IMG/VR virus record: IMGVR_UViG_3300033146_005951
Span: 1 to 63,435 of that record
Length of the DNA: 63,435 nt
Origin: a virus
Taxonomy: Duplodnaviria > Caudoviricetes
Strand: one strand, 5' to 3'
Of the stretch, positions 48,300 to 59,323 are shown piece after piece (position 1 is the first letter of the stretch; every line of letters starts with the position of its first letter). The notes beneath the pieces were generated by a model. It saw nothing but the letters and a program-made list of their open reading frames with translations, was not told the DNA's origin and searched no databases. The position numbers and the translations under genes were made by a program.

Positions 48300-51200
48300 A
48301 TGGGCATAGTAGTACTTCTCGAATCAGAAAGTATAGTCAATTCTTTAGATTTTGAGTCAACTTCTTCTTTTGACTCAACTTCTTCAATTAAGATACTCTC
48401 TTGCGAATTTAATCATACATCTGGTTTTGAATGTAGTGATGCATTTAACGGCATTGTTGTAAATTTTTATGCTCATAAAGAATTTATAAGTTACAATCAA
48501 TTCCATAATCATTATTCTTTTCCTTATCCCAGTATTCAAATTCAAGTCGATTCTATTTTTGAACATGTAAGTTCTTTAGAATGCTCACATGTTCATAGAG
48601 CATTACTTGTACCAGCTCCAGATTTTGAAAATATATCTTCTTTTGAAGCAAGCACTAATTATATAATTGGCCCTTCCATTTTTGAAAATGTTTCAGCCTA
48701 TAAAGGATCAATTGCATTTGTATATTTCCCTCCTGATTTTGAATTAATTTCAGAATTCGAAACCTCCTCTATATATTTTGGATATTTGATTCAAAAAGAA
48801 TTCGATACAGAAAACTATTTCCAAGATGTGGTATTGGGACTTCCCAAACCAGTATTTATTTTACCTGCAGAAAATTTTGAGCATTCTTCTTCTTTTGAAT
48901 GTAGTAAAGTAAATGTAGCAAAATTAATCGATTGCCCTAATTTTAATTCAGTATCTAATTTAGGGGCTCCTACATATAAAGTCAGTATTTATTCATTAGA
49001 AGATTTAGATTGCACAAGTTCATTTACATCAGGCCTAAGCAGAGTTATTCCATCTAATTTCGATTTTACGTCGTCTTTTGAATGTAATGATGTATTTCTT
49101 GGTCAGTTTATTTCAGCCACGAATTTTGAGCTTACTTCTGAGTTTTTAGGGGGTTTTCCTTATGAAATAGTAGTTGAAGATTTTAATAGTACTTTTTCAT
49201 TTGAAAGTAAATTTTGCCAACCAATTATTAGTTCAGGTTTTTATCATACTTCATCTTTTCATTGTAGTGGGACTTACGATGATAATTATTTTATTTGCCA
49301 AGTATTCAGTAGCGTAAATGATATTGAAGTAGATACTTATTTTCAATGGACCCCGCCTAATTTCAATAGTAGTAATTCATTTGAAGTCACATTGTTTTCA
49401 GGTGATTTTGTTAATATTCCAGTATTCAATTTAAATTCTTCATTTGAAATAGATGTTGTTTTTAAACCAGCTATTGTTGAATTAATTACTACAAATAATA
49501 TTGAAGTTGATGTTTATTTTCAAAATATAATTCCTAGTTTTGATAACATAAGTACCCTTGAATGTAGTGAAGTTTTTATTGGGCTTCCTATAGTAGCAGA
49601 TAATTTTGAATTAAATAGTGATTATGAAATTGCAATATTTTATAGTCCGATTATGCCTGATTTTGAAAATAGTTCTTCTTTTGAAAGCAGTGGCATATAT
49701 TTTGGTGATTTAATTGAAGCGCAACCTTTTAATACCTCATCCTCTTTTGAATGCTATGATTTATATGATGGTGATTATTTTGATTGCCCAACATTTAATA
49801 ATGTAAATATTCTTGAAATCTATACAAAGCATATTTTTTATAAACCATTTGATTCAATTTCAAATTTTGATTGCAGTGAAGCTTTTGTTGGGATTCCAGT
49901 TCCTGTAGATAATTTTGAGTTAATTAGTGAGTTTGAATCTCCCAATATAGCATTTTGTTTAAACACCTTAGATTTTGAGTTAATAAGTGAAAGTTTTTCA
50001 GCTGTTGAAGGCACTGATTGGAAAATGTGTTTTATATTTCCAACTGTGTTCGTCAGCAATAATATATTTGAATGTTATGATGCGTATTATGGTATTCCAA
50101 TACTTACAGATAATTTTGAGTTAGTAAGTGAATTAGTTTCCACAACATTTTTCAGTATAAATGTTATAGACTTTGATGAAAATTTAACTTTTGATTGTTA
50201 TGATGTAATTTATGGTTATTTATTTCCAGTCGTTGATTTTGAATTAATAAGTGAATATATTTGTGATGATGTAAAAAAGATTTGGAGATTGTTTGCTCAT
50301 ACATCTGGAGGTCAATTAGCACAAGGAACCCACCAGATTAATTTAACCCCATTGGTATTATATGAATATTCTAATTATTTTGTTAATGAATTAAGCACTG
50401 AAATTGTGTTTTTTAATTCATTTCATAATTCACTTAGAGATTCAGATTTGACTTTTAATCAATACAGTTTTAATTCTATAGGATTAAATAAAGACCAATA
50501 TATCAGTAATTCTGTTTTAGATTCAATAATTAAAGAGCAATATATAAGTGTTCCTTTAGCAAATGATTCTTTTATTTCTGAGCATTATGTTTGGGGTAAT
50601 TTAAGTGGATATAATTTTACAGCTGCTCAATTTATCAATCTTGATATAGAGTATTTTGGCCAAGCAGGCTCTAACGGGTTAGCTTCATTATGGTATGATC
50701 CGCCTCCAGGACCACAGCCTGGAAGTATTCCAGTAATAACATATATTTATTTTGATATATTTATAGATGGCATTTCTATTAAAGAAAGAATTAAGGATAT
50801 AAATCTTACTCAAAGAGAATCTGATGTCATTTCTCATATTGAAATTGAGTTTAAAGATACTCTCTCATTTAATATGTGTGATGTTAATCAAGGAACAGGT
50901 ATAGGCACTGAACGAATTGAATTAAGAATTGGTGGTGATTTATCTGATCCTAATAAGTATACTACATATAAATTTTTATTAGAAGAAAGATCTGCTAATG
51001 AATCAAATCATTCTTTTACTGTTTGGGGTAGACAAATTACTGCTTTATTGGCGGAACCTTTTAGTGAACCTATTACTCAAACATTTGAAAACAGGACTTC
51101 AAGTAGCATTGCTCAAGAATTAGCTGGTTCTATTAGTGTTAATTGGACTGCTTATGACAATTTAAATTTAGAATATAATTTAGATGGTACACCTTTAGCT

Positions 51201-52301
51201 GGTATACAAAGATTAGCTGAAGTAGTAAATGCTATTGTAAGGACAGACCCAGATGGAAGTATCGTCGTAAGACCAAGATTTCCAGTAAGGCCTATGGATT
51301 TAATTGATGGTAATTGTACAATCAATATTACTTTAGATAGGTACCTTAATATTGTTTCAGCTGATTATTCTGAAGAACAATCTCAATATAATACAGTTGA
51401 GGTTCAAGGTGGAAGTAATAATGATGATACTAATATTTCAATTGTGTCTTATAAGGAATATAATTATAATATTCCACAAGAGGTAGTTGACGCTGAATCA
51501 AAATCAGATTTTCAACTTGATGATATAGCTTATTTACGAGTTTATCATAATAATAGTATAATATATGACCCTACAAATCAATTCGATGATTCTAGTGCTT
51601 TAATAGGATATTCACTCTGCACTACTTTTAATTCTACTAATATGATTCAACTTGATAATGATGAATTAATAGAAGATGAGGTTGTTGATATTATAAATGG
51701 AACTGGAAATTTATCTAAAAATCCATTTACAGTTAATTCTTGGCATTGGGAAGGTATTCCTAAATTTGGAGATTGCCAAGAAAATACTGTTATAGTTTCT
51801 TTTGATGAAGGCAATATTACTGTAAAAGATCCTAATGATAATAATGTGTTAATTGGTAAGATGAAAGTAACTTACACCACTCGATATGATTTATTTGAAA
51901 TAACTTGTGATGAGGAAAAAGAAATCATTATAGCAGCATTAACATCTGAACATCTTGGAGTGTATTTAAAAATCACAATGGATTCAGTATCAGATCCTTC
52001 AGAAGAAAAACCTGCACCCAAAATTGATGATGATTTAATTACAAATGAAACAACTGCTTTGATGAGAGGACAATCTATTTTAGATGATACATATTATAAA
52101 AAGTTAAAGCATACTATTCAAATTCCTTTTTATTTAGATATAGGTTTATTTGATGGTAATGTGGTAAGAATGGAAGATGATTTTTGGAATATAATAGGTA
52201 ATGCTATAATACGTAGTGCAGATATTTCGATTAGCGTTGAAGATTCTGGTGTGATTAAAATTTGGCAAAATATTGAATTGCATCAATATGCAAGGCCATA
52301 A
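48300..52301 (+). CDS. Large tail protein: N-terminal FxxxSxFE pseudo-repeats and a C-terminal tail hub (Tal/gp27-like) region
   Basis: Repeats over about aa 15-660; 'FTVWGRQITALL..IQRLAEVVNAIVRTDPDGSIVVRP..YNTVEVQG..DDLIT...ALMRG' is hub-like. Confidence 0.6.
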   Translation: MGIVVLLESESIVNSLDFESTSSFDSTSSIKILSCEFNHTSGFECSDAFNGIVVNFYAHKEFISYNQFHNHYSFPYPSIQIQVDSIFEHVSSLECSHVHRALLVPAPDFENISSFEASTNYIIGPSIFENVSAYKGSIAFVYFPPDFELISEFETSSIYFGYLIQKEFDTENYFQDVVLGLPKPVFILPAENFEHSSSFECSKVNVAKLIDCPNFNSVSNLGAPTYKVSIYSLEDLDCTSSFTSGLSRVIPSNFDFTSSFECNDVFLGQFISATNFELTSEFLGGFPYEIVVEDFNSTFSFESKFCQPIISSGFYHTSSFHCSGTYDDNYFICQVFSSVNDIEVDTYFQWTPPNFNSSNSFEVTLFSGDFVNIPVFNLNSSFEIDVVFKPAIVELITTNNIEVDVYFQNIIPSFDNISTLECSEVFIGLPIVADNFELNSDYEIAIFYSPIMPDFENSSSFESSGIYFGDLIEAQPFNTSSSFECYDLYDGDYFDCPTFNNVNILEIYTKHIFYKPFDSISNFDCSEAFVGIPVPVDNFELISEFESPNIAFCLNTLDFELISESFSAVEGTDWKMCFIFPTVFVSNNIFECYDAYYGIPILTDNFELVSELVSTTFFSINVIDFDENLTFDCYDVIYGYLFPVVDFELISEYICDDVKKIWRLFAHTSGGQLAQGTHQINLTPLVLYEYSNYFVNELSTEIVFFNSFHNSLRDSDLTFNQYSFNSIGLNKDQYISNSVLDSIIKEQYISVPLANDSFISEHYVWGNLSGYNFTAAQFINLDIEYFGQAGSNGLASLWYDPPPGPQPGSIPVITYIYFDIFIDGISIKERIKDINLTQRESDVISHIEIEFKDTLSFNMCDVNQGTGIGTERIELRIGGDLSDPNKYTTYKFLLEERSANESNHSFTVWGRQITALLAEPFSEPITQTFENRTSSSIAQELAGSISVNWTAYDNLNLEYNLDGTPLAGIQRLAEVVNAIVRTDPDGSIVVRPRFPVRPMDLIDGNCTINITLDRYLNIVSADYSEEQSQYNTVEVQGGSNNDDTNISIVSYKEYNYNIPQEVVDAESKSDFQLDDIAYLRVYHNNSIIYDPTNQFDDSSALIGYSLCTTFNSTNMIQLDNDELIEDEVVDIINGTGNLSKNPFTVNSWHWEGIPKFGDCQENTVIVSFDEGNITVKDPNDNNVLIGKMKVTYTTRYDLFEITCDEEKEIIIAALTSEHLGVYLKITMDSVSDPSEEKPAPKIDDDLITNETTALMRGQSILDDTYYKKLKHTIQIPFYLDIGLFDGNVVRMEDDFWNIIGNAIIRSADISISVEDSGVIKIWQNIELHQYARP

Positions 52302-52313
52302 AGGACATTAAAA

Positions 52314-52541
52314 ATGCAATTAACAACTATTCCACAAGAGCAATTACGTAGGGGAAAAATTATTGCTTTAGTCGCAAATCGATATATTGTGCAGGTTGGA
52401 AAAGGAACTGTGAATGCCAGTGGTCAAGGTTTTAATGTTGGAGATACAGTCGTTATTTCTAAAATTAATGGTGTTTTTCAAATAATTTCTAAATTTAAAG
52501 CTGTTTCTTCTGTATTAAAAGAAGTCTTTATTGCCAGTTAA
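52314..52541 (+). CDS. Small OB-fold-like tail protein
   Basis: RGKII..YIVQVG....NASG.GFNVGDTVVI. Confidence 0.55.
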   Translation: MQLTTIPQEQLRRGKIIALVANRYIVQVGKGTVNASGQGFNVGDTVVISKINGVFQIISKFKAVSSVLKEVFIAS

Positions 52542-52546
52542 ATCTC

Positions 52547-52660
52547 TAATGATTTCAATAGGTTATAAAAATAGATTGGCTTTAAATTTCTGATAAATTG
52601 ATAAAGATTTGCGATTTAAGCTATAGAAAATATTTTTTGCATATGATTATATGCATTTTA
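52547..52660. repeat. Dispersed non-coding element, copy A (diverged inverted copy at about 61980-62100)
   Basis: agctatagaaaatat (52619-33) is the exact reverse complement of 62003-17; flanking blocks also align. Confidence 0.7.
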
Positions 52661-52678
52661 TGAAAAGAGGACAAACCA

Positions 52679-53227
52679 ATGGCTAAAACATTAGTAAATT
52701 CAAACATTACTATTACATTTTCTACACTTACAGGTGATGGAAACATACAAATAGAATTAGATGATGAACTCAATGATGATAAATCATCTTTTGGTTTTGG
52801 TGAAGTTGCTCATTTTAAAGTTTATACTTCTCCACTTGATATGGAATTCGATTGTTATTGTAGTGATTCTGCTGCTACTCTAATTGCACCAACTCATGCA
52901 AATGTGGTTCAACAATCAATTACCGATGAAGATAATATCAATTTATCCTTTATAGATACAGATGAATCAAATATAAATTATCCTTGTAATGGAGGATTAA
53001 CTGCAACGTATTGGTTTGGTAATAATTGGGATCCATTATCATTAATAGGTGAAACTACTATTAAAGCATCTAGGCCTAATTCCACACCATTAACACAGCC
53101 AAGTGCATGTGCTATATGTAGAGTAAACTACAACACAGAATATCACCCAGGATCAGTTTCAGTTGTTGAAACTCCTGGCGAATCAGAATGGCCTGTGATT
53201 ATTTATGTAATCGAAAGAGGAATATAA
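52679..53227 (+). CDS. Virion structural protein
   Basis: N-terminus paralogous to the next gene (N.TITFS..IELDDELN..S.F..GE). Confidence 0.65.
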   Translation: MAKTLVNSNITITFSTLTGDGNIQIELDDELNDDKSSFGFGEVAHFKVYTSPLDMEFDCYCSDSAATLIAPTHANVVQQSITDEDNINLSFIDTDESNINYPCNGGLTATYWFGNNWDPLSLIGETTIKASRPNSTPLTQPSACAICRVNYNTEYHPGSVSVVETPGESEWPVIIYVIERGI

Positions 53228-53242
53228 TAAGGAGATAAATAA

Positions 53243-54004
53243 ATGGCAAATCAAGATTTAGCTAATGCTAACTTAACAGTTACATTTTCAAAAGAATCAG
53301 ATAGTGTAGGGTTTGAGTTAGAATTAGATGAAGTACTAAACAAAGGGAATTCAACTTTTGCACCAGGTGATGAGGTGTTCATTCGTATATATCCGGGTGG
53401 ACATAATCCAAACCACAATAGTACAATGGGTAACATTACTGTTATAGCTACTAATAAATATGAAACAATTCCAAGTGAAGGTTTTGAATATTTAGTATTT
53501 GCTAGAGATAAAGAACAAAATGTTAGTCATATTATTAAAGATATAACAGATTTAAGATGGTGTGGTTACATTCCAAACACACCACCAATTTTTGGAGAAA
53601 CTAAAATTTCTTTTTCTGAAGAAGTCTCTTGTGTAATGAAATTAGTGTATCGCACTACTTACGATAGTTGGAAATTGTCTGGTGTTAATGTTCCATGCCG
53701 TGTCTTAGTTGAAGCTATAAAAGAAAGTGAAGATAGATATGGATCTATGACAATTGATTTTACTGAAGATGAAAAGAGCGAAAGTGAAGATAGAATATAT
53801 CTTACTGTAAGAGATGCATGTACTCAGCAAGCAATTTCTGGGGCAACAGTTGAAATAAATGGTGGTACATATACAACTGATGCTAATGGGAGAATTGATT
53901 TAGGTTTAATGAGTAAAGGAACATATCCAGTTAAAATTACTGCAACAGATTATCAAGACTCTGATAAAGATAGAATTGGTAATGATGAATTAGTAATAGG
54001 ATAA
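53243..54004 (+). CDS. Virion protein with a C-terminal carboxypeptidase-regulatory/PEGA-like domain
   Basis: TVRDA.TQQAISGATVEI....TTDANG..L..GTYPVKITATDY. Confidence 0.65.
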   Translation: MANQDLANANLTVTFSKESDSVGFELELDEVLNKGNSTFAPGDEVFIRIYPGGHNPNHNSTMGNITVIATNKYETIPSEGFEYLVFARDKEQNVSHIIKDITDLRWCGYIPNTPPIFGETKISFSEEVSCVMKLVYRTTYDSWKLSGVNVPCRVLVEAIKESEDRYGSMTIDFTEDEKSESEDRIYLTVRDACTQQAISGATVEINGGTYTTDANGRIDLGLMSKGTYPVKITATDYQDSDKDRIGNDELVIG

Positions 54005-54008
54005 TATT

Positions 54009-56171
54009 ATGGCTGAATATACCGCATACTTAGAAAGAAAACAGTGGATCGCTCCAGGCATCTCTAGCAACTATACTTCAGCTAAATGCTTAACAAATGT
54101 TGATTCAGAGAATGATAGGGAGTCTCAAGAAGCAAAAATTGATAAAAGATTTGTTTATGCCAAATCTCAAACAATACAAGTATTGCATTTTAATAGTTCT
54201 GATGAAGCAGAATTTGATTATCCTTATTTAGGTCCATGCGGTAAATTTTACACAACACCATTACCTGCAATTTCTTCAGGTAATGCAATAGATATTGAAT
54301 CATTAAGAGAATATCATAGAGAGTGGTGTAAGAAGCATCCTAAACTTCCTAGAGGAATTAAATTATTATCTTATACTCCAGAATATAAAGAAGAAGCTGG
54401 TTGGTATGAATATTTAACAGGACCTAGAACTGGTCAATTGTGGAGGCATGAGCCCCCTTTAAAGAAATGGAAATATAAATGGGTTACTAATAGAGTAGAA
54501 GTAGGTATTCCAACATTTTCTTTTACTAAAGGAGAAACATTAGTAAAATCAAGCCATCCATGGACTGGAATAATTCAAGTTGAATATTATTATGATAGAG
54601 CAGTAGATATAAAAAAGAAACTTAAAAGTAAACTTTCGGTACAGGCTAATTATAATTTCTATATGAATCCAGTAGGTTTTGATGCTTCAGGTAAAGAAAT
54701 AGATGCTTTTATTATGCCAGCTGAAGATAGTAGTTATTGGACTGATGATATAAATGAAATTGATTGTTTAATATGTAATCCTATTACTGGTGCTGCATCA
54801 GAAAGAGGAGAACCCCCAACACCTCCTGCAGGCACTATGGTTGATAAGATAAATAATGCACGAATTACTCATTCAACAGAATGCACAGGTGACCCTGTAA
54901 GGTCTGTTCTTGAATCAGAAGCAATGATGAAATTGTCAGAAGATTATGCTAATGTATTAAAAAAATTAATTCAGTATAGACCTTCAATTACTATAGATAA
55001 TAGTAGGTGGGATCCTTATAACTATACTTTAAATGCCGCTGATTCAATTGGTTTAGATAATTTCACTATGCCTGAAACAGATATATTTCTTCCTAGTACT
55101 CCAAATGATCGAATTGAATTATATGCAAATAGTTATGATAATTTTTTTAGTGAAGGCACAACCAAAAGAGAATTTTTTTCTGGAGATGAAATTATTTTTA
55201 CTAAGTCATATAGTAAAGAAGAAGATCCTGGTGAAGATAAAATTGAAGAAATTGCATTTGCTTATTTCATGGAGATTAAAAAAGGATTAATACTTAACGG
55301 AAATTATGACATGGCAGGAGCAAAGTCTTTAAAATTTGCAATTTGGGGCAAAGGTACATACTTAGAACCAGAACCAGAACCAGGTGATTTTAGATGGGGT
55401 TATGTTGTTGTTTTGGATATATATCGACCAAATAGTGATGCTCCTGTATTAGAAGATGAAGGTGTTACTGGAGTAGATCATGGTTTTACATGTTCTCCAG
55501 AATGCATCTCTAAACCTTGTGAATGGTACTCAGAATTTGGCTATGGTGCAATATTCCCATGTTACGTCCCCTGGATTTGTGCACTACGTTCAGTAACATT
55601 ATTTTCTGAAAGTCGTACAATTGCTAGTACTGCACCTCAATGGGGTATGGAGAGAGGATTTGGAGATGTAGATTACCCTCAACCATATATTGACCTTAAT
55701 GAAGTAAATTTCACAGTTTCTTTTAGTTTAAGTAATGTAGTAATCATGATGATCCCAGGAGAGTATTTTTTCTTCATTTATGAGGTCAATTTTGGAGAGG
55801 GCATGCCTTGTACCTATTTATATGGCCCGTCCGGTTATTTCGAAACTCATTGCATGACATCAGGCATTGTTAGAGGTTGTGCTACTGATACTCATGGAGG
55901 TGAAGGACATGAATATGATGAGGATTGGGCTATAGATGAAAGTTTACATTGGTTAGTTGAATATCACAGTTCAAAATTTTGGGTTCGTCCTTTAGACTTT
56001 GCTAAATACAATATAGGTGATAGAGTATTAATACTTAAAGGAATGGTGGATTCACCTTGTGCTTCTACTAGCCCATATTATAATAATACATTAATTAGTT
56101 ATCAAACTGTAACTAATAAATTAGATGATAATTGTAGAGTAGCTCCTTTTAGATTGTCTGGAATGATATAA
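54009..56171 (+). CDS. Hypothetical tail-tip protein (Cys/Tyr/Trp-rich)
   Basis: 720-aa ORF in the tail operon. Confidence 0.65.
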   Translation: MAEYTAYLERKQWIAPGISSNYTSAKCLTNVDSENDRESQEAKIDKRFVYAKSQTIQVLHFNSSDEAEFDYPYLGPCGKFYTTPLPAISSGNAIDIESLREYHREWCKKHPKLPRGIKLLSYTPEYKEEAGWYEYLTGPRTGQLWRHEPPLKKWKYKWVTNRVEVGIPTFSFTKGETLVKSSHPWTGIIQVEYYYDRAVDIKKKLKSKLSVQANYNFYMNPVGFDASGKEIDAFIMPAEDSSYWTDDINEIDCLICNPITGAASERGEPPTPPAGTMVDKINNARITHSTECTGDPVRSVLESEAMMKLSEDYANVLKKLIQYRPSITIDNSRWDPYNYTLNAADSIGLDNFTMPETDIFLPSTPNDRIELYANSYDNFFSEGTTKREFFSGDEIIFTKSYSKEEDPGEDKIEEIAFAYFMEIKKGLILNGNYDMAGAKSLKFAIWGKGTYLEPEPEPGDFRWGYVVVLDIYRPNSDAPVLEDEGVTGVDHGFTCSPECISKPCEWYSEFGYGAIFPCYVPWICALRSVTLFSESRTIASTAPQWGMERGFGDVDYPQPYIDLNEVNFTVSFSLSNVVIMMIPGEYFFFIYEVNFGEGMPCTYLYGPSGYFETHCMTSGIVRGCATDTHGGEGHEYDEDWAIDESLHWLVEYHSSKFWVRPLDFAKYNIGDRVLILKGMVDSPCASTSPYYNNTLISYQTVTNKLDDNCRVAPFRLSGMI

Positions 56172-56184
56172 GGATAAAACAAAA

Positions 56185-57654
56185 ATGGCAAGATTAACTG
56201 AAAACATATTCGAACAACGTCAATCTTCATTCGTTGAGGCAGTTATAGTAGATTGTCCTACAGGAGATTCTCCTGATGCTGATCATGATACTGCTTGTGT
56301 AGAAGTACCAAGTATGTATAGTACAGTACATGGAGAAAAGATTCTTAAAGACGTTCCAATTTTTTATCATTGTGAAGCCAATCCTGATAGACATGGACGA
56401 AGTTTAGAAAATGCAGCCACTGCTTTTAGAAAAGGTGATCATGTTATACTTAGTACTAATCCTGTAGCCATAGTTGGTTTTGCTGATGGGTCTTTAAGAA
56501 GATGTAGGAAGTTATATTTGTGGATAAGTATTCAAAGTTATTTTTATTGTCCTTCCTTTCATCCAATAGTTCCTGGTTCTGATATAAGATCTTCTTATTC
56601 TTATGAAGTATTTCGTGCAGGTTCAAGGCAATATGTAATTTGGGATGTAGAAGAAAATGACTTTGCTGAAATTAAAAAACCAGATGGGACTGACGTAACT
56701 TATCCTTGTACTGCAGAAGATTTACATGATTGGAAGAAAAATTGGGAAAGTGTAGGAAGTCCTCTTTTTCATACTCCACTTCAAGATAACATTACAAAAG
56801 AAATAACTGAAAGTAGTGACGTAAATGTAACTGATGATGGATTTGAGTGTTATCTTATTCGAACATATTCTGTAAACATAAAAAATTATGAGTTAGAAAA
56901 TTTAAGTTGTCCTTTAATGCACCCGATAATAAAATACGAATATTCAATAGATGTAGAAAAAAGTAATGATAGCGGTTCTTCATCACTTAAAAAAGAAATT
57001 GAAACTACTTATGGAGAAAATTTTGTAGCTACGTATGAGCATTATGGTGATAGAGATAGTTGGCCTCCTCCCTGGATGCCATGGAACCCAGTATGGACTG
57101 AGCGTATAAGCGATTGCGACATCGTTTCTATTCAGTGTACTGAGTTTGATTATAATGATTACATAGCTACAGGTTTTGCTGAGTTTGATTATAATGATTA
57201 TAGAATAGATAATTTTGATATTTACTACAAAACTTTAGGTACTTCTAGTAGATTTAAGAATTATGCTTTTGATTCAAATATTTTTATGATTAGACGTAAT
57301 GTTGCAACTGAAAGAATTCTTGTCGAATCTGGTATTGAGTATTATGCTGATGCATCATTACTTACTACTAATGAAGATATCGATCCGGACAAATCTTTTA
57401 ATTTAGCTGATTTACGTTATGCTTCACTTCCTAGCAAATTTTGTGATACTCTTAAGGACGCCATGGAAATTTCTTATAAAAATATGATGGAAGAAAACGT
57501 TCCTCCAGATGGCATTGAATTTGGGTATAATACAGATGTAGTAAAAAGTCTTTATGGACAAAATTTTCCTTATAAAAATTATATATACCCTGGGTATTAT
57601 AAATTTTATAAATATTTTGATTTTAATCAATTTTGTGATTTTGGTTATGCTTAA
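56185..57654 (+). CDS. Hypothetical tail-tip or receptor-binding protein with an N-terminal OB-like domain
   Basis: DVPIFYHC..AFRKGDHVIL..IVGFADG; last gene of the structural operon; internal 22-bp duplication at 57140/57179. Confidence 0.6.
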   Translation: MARLTENIFEQRQSSFVEAVIVDCPTGDSPDADHDTACVEVPSMYSTVHGEKILKDVPIFYHCEANPDRHGRSLENAATAFRKGDHVILSTNPVAIVGFADGSLRRCRKLYLWISIQSYFYCPSFHPIVPGSDIRSSYSYEVFRAGSRQYVIWDVEENDFAEIKKPDGTDVTYPCTAEDLHDWKKNWESVGSPLFHTPLQDNITKEITESSDVNVTDDGFECYLIRTYSVNIKNYELENLSCPLMHPIIKYEYSIDVEKSNDSGSSSLKKEIETTYGENFVATYEHYGDRDSWPPPWMPWNPVWTERISDCDIVSIQCTEFDYNDYIATGFAEFDYNDYRIDNFDIYYKTLGTSSRFKNYAFDSNIFMIRRNVATERILVESGIEYYADASLLTTNEDIDPDKSFNLADLRYASLPSKFCDTLKDAMEISYKNMMEENVPPDGIEFGYNTDVVKSLYGQNFPYKNYIYPGYYKFYKYFDFNQFCDFGYA

Positions 57655-57676
57655 TCATTATACAAAACCAAATCAT

Positions 57677-58272
57677 AAACACTTAATAAATAAAAATTGA
57701 ATACTTTCTCCAATGTTTGTATTAAATAAAAAACCTAAGGAAATATTTTCTTAAAAATAATTTTATATATATATCAATAAACAATATTTCTTTCTATTCA
57801 GTATAACATTAGTTAACCTCTTTTCTTTTAGTATAATCATAATCTTTTTAACTAACAACTATATAACAAACATTAACCATTCAAAGGGACACCCAACAAC
57901 TATATACCAAACACTTAATAAATAAAAATTGAATACTTTCTCCAATGTTTGTATTGAATAATCTTCTAAGGGAATAAATTTTTATTTAAATAATTTTTAT
58001 ATATAATATCTTCTCTCTCTCTTCTTAGTATATATATCAAATAAACAATATATCTTTCTTTTCTTTATTACAACATAATCAATTCATTCATTTATATAGG
58101 TTCTTTCAGTATATTTATTGTTATAATCATATAGCTTATTTCTTTTCTTTTAGCATAATCATAATCATATAGCTAACTAACTTCTTTTCTCTTAGCATAA
58201 TCAATAAGTAAACACAATCAATAAGTAAAACACTTAATAAATAAAAATTGAATACTTTCTCCAATGTTTGTA
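57677..58272 (+). repeat. Three identical 45-bp direct repeats (aaacacttaataaataaaaattgaatactttctccaatgtttgta) at 57677, 57909 and 58228
   Basis: Seen directly; each is followed by related ctaagg..atttt..aaataatttt..atatat blocks. Confidence 0.9.
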
Positions 58273-58380
58273 CTGAATAAAAAACCTAAGGGAATAAATT
58301 TTTATTTAAATAATTTTATATATAATATTCTCTTTTATCTTTTCAGTATATCTATCAATATATCTATCAATAAACAATAT

Positions 58381-58755
58381 TTCTTTCTTTTAGTATAATC
58401 ATATAACTAACTAACTTTTTTTCTTTTAGTATAATCATATAACTAACTAACTTCTTTTCTTTTAGTATAATCATAATCATATAACTAACTTCTTTTCTTT
58501 TAGTATAATCATAATCATATAACTAACTTCTTTTACTGAAGCATAACATAATCTTTTAGCCAATCTCTTTCTTTTAGTATAATGTAATCTTTTAGCCAAT
58601 CTCTTTTACTGAAGCATAACATAATCTTTTAGCCAATCTCTTTCTCTTAGTATAATGTAATCTTTTAGCCAATCTCTTTCTCTGAAATAAAAACACAGAC
58701 GTAATAATCTTTTAGCCAATCTCTTTCTCTGAAATAAAAACACAGACGTAATATT
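58381..58755 (+). repeat. Iteron-like arrays: about 4 copies of ttcttttagtataatcat..ataactaact, then 5 copies of 22-bp taatcttttagccaatctcttt (58549, 58585, 58622, 58658, 58705)
   Basis: Seen directly; the spacers are themselves repeated. Confidence 0.9.
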
Positions 58756-58881
58756 ATTAGTAGTTAGGTTTAAATTAATTTAGTTAATTGTTTAAATATG
58801 ATAGTAGTTATGATTGTTTTAATATATGAATAAATATGAATAAAATAATAATTTAATTAATTAATGATAAGGAGATTAAAA

Positions 58882-59013
58882 ATGAAGAAGATAATAATGA
58901 TAGTAGTTATGGTAGTAGTTGGTTATGCGTATGTTAGTAATAATGTAATTGATAATGGAGTTAATGCAATAAATAATCATAAGGCTCAACTTGAAGAAGT
59001 AATGAATTATTAG
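58882..59013 (+). CDS. Small membrane peptide (43 aa, not in the ORF track)
   Basis: RBS aaggag; MKKIIMIVVMVVVGYAYV... Confidence 0.65.
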   Translation: MKKIIMIVVMVVVGYAYVSNNVIDNGVNAINNHKAQLEEVMNY

Positions 59014-59053
59014 TAATGAATTATTAGTAATTAACAATAATAGGAGGTAAGTT

Positions 59054-59308
59054 ATGATAAAGCATAAAATTGAAGTTAGTGAGATTAATAAAGATAAATT
59101 TGTTGCATTATTCAGACAAATACGAACAGGAATTTGGAGGTTTACTGATATTGGTATTAAAGGTTATGAAAATGATTATCTTCGTGAGCAAGATATTGTT
59201 GTTGAGTTGGATGGTGTTGATTGGGGTGATGAAATTATAATTGATGATAATTCTGAATTTGTGTTTGTTGGGCATGATGATGAAAATAATAGTTTTAATA
59301 AGTATTAG
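59054..59308 (+). CDS. Hypothetical early-type protein
   Basis: RBS ggaggt. Confidence 0.75.
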   Translation: MIKHKIEVSEINKDKFVALFRQIRTGIWRFTDIGIKGYENDYLREQDIVVELDGVDWGDEIIIDDNSEFVFVGHDDENNSFNKY

Positions 59309-59323
59309 TGTAGGAGGTAAATC

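Noticed and set aside
54009-57654. Diversity-generating retroelement target in the tail-tip genes
   Set aside because: No reverse transcriptase and no adenine-variant TR/VR pair seen; only a local 22-bp duplication
58549-58755. Possible CRISPR mini-array (22-bp repeat x5)
   Set aside because: Spacers are only 14-25 nt and duplicate each other, the repeat is not palindromic, and there are no cas genes; it fits tandem or iteron repeats better
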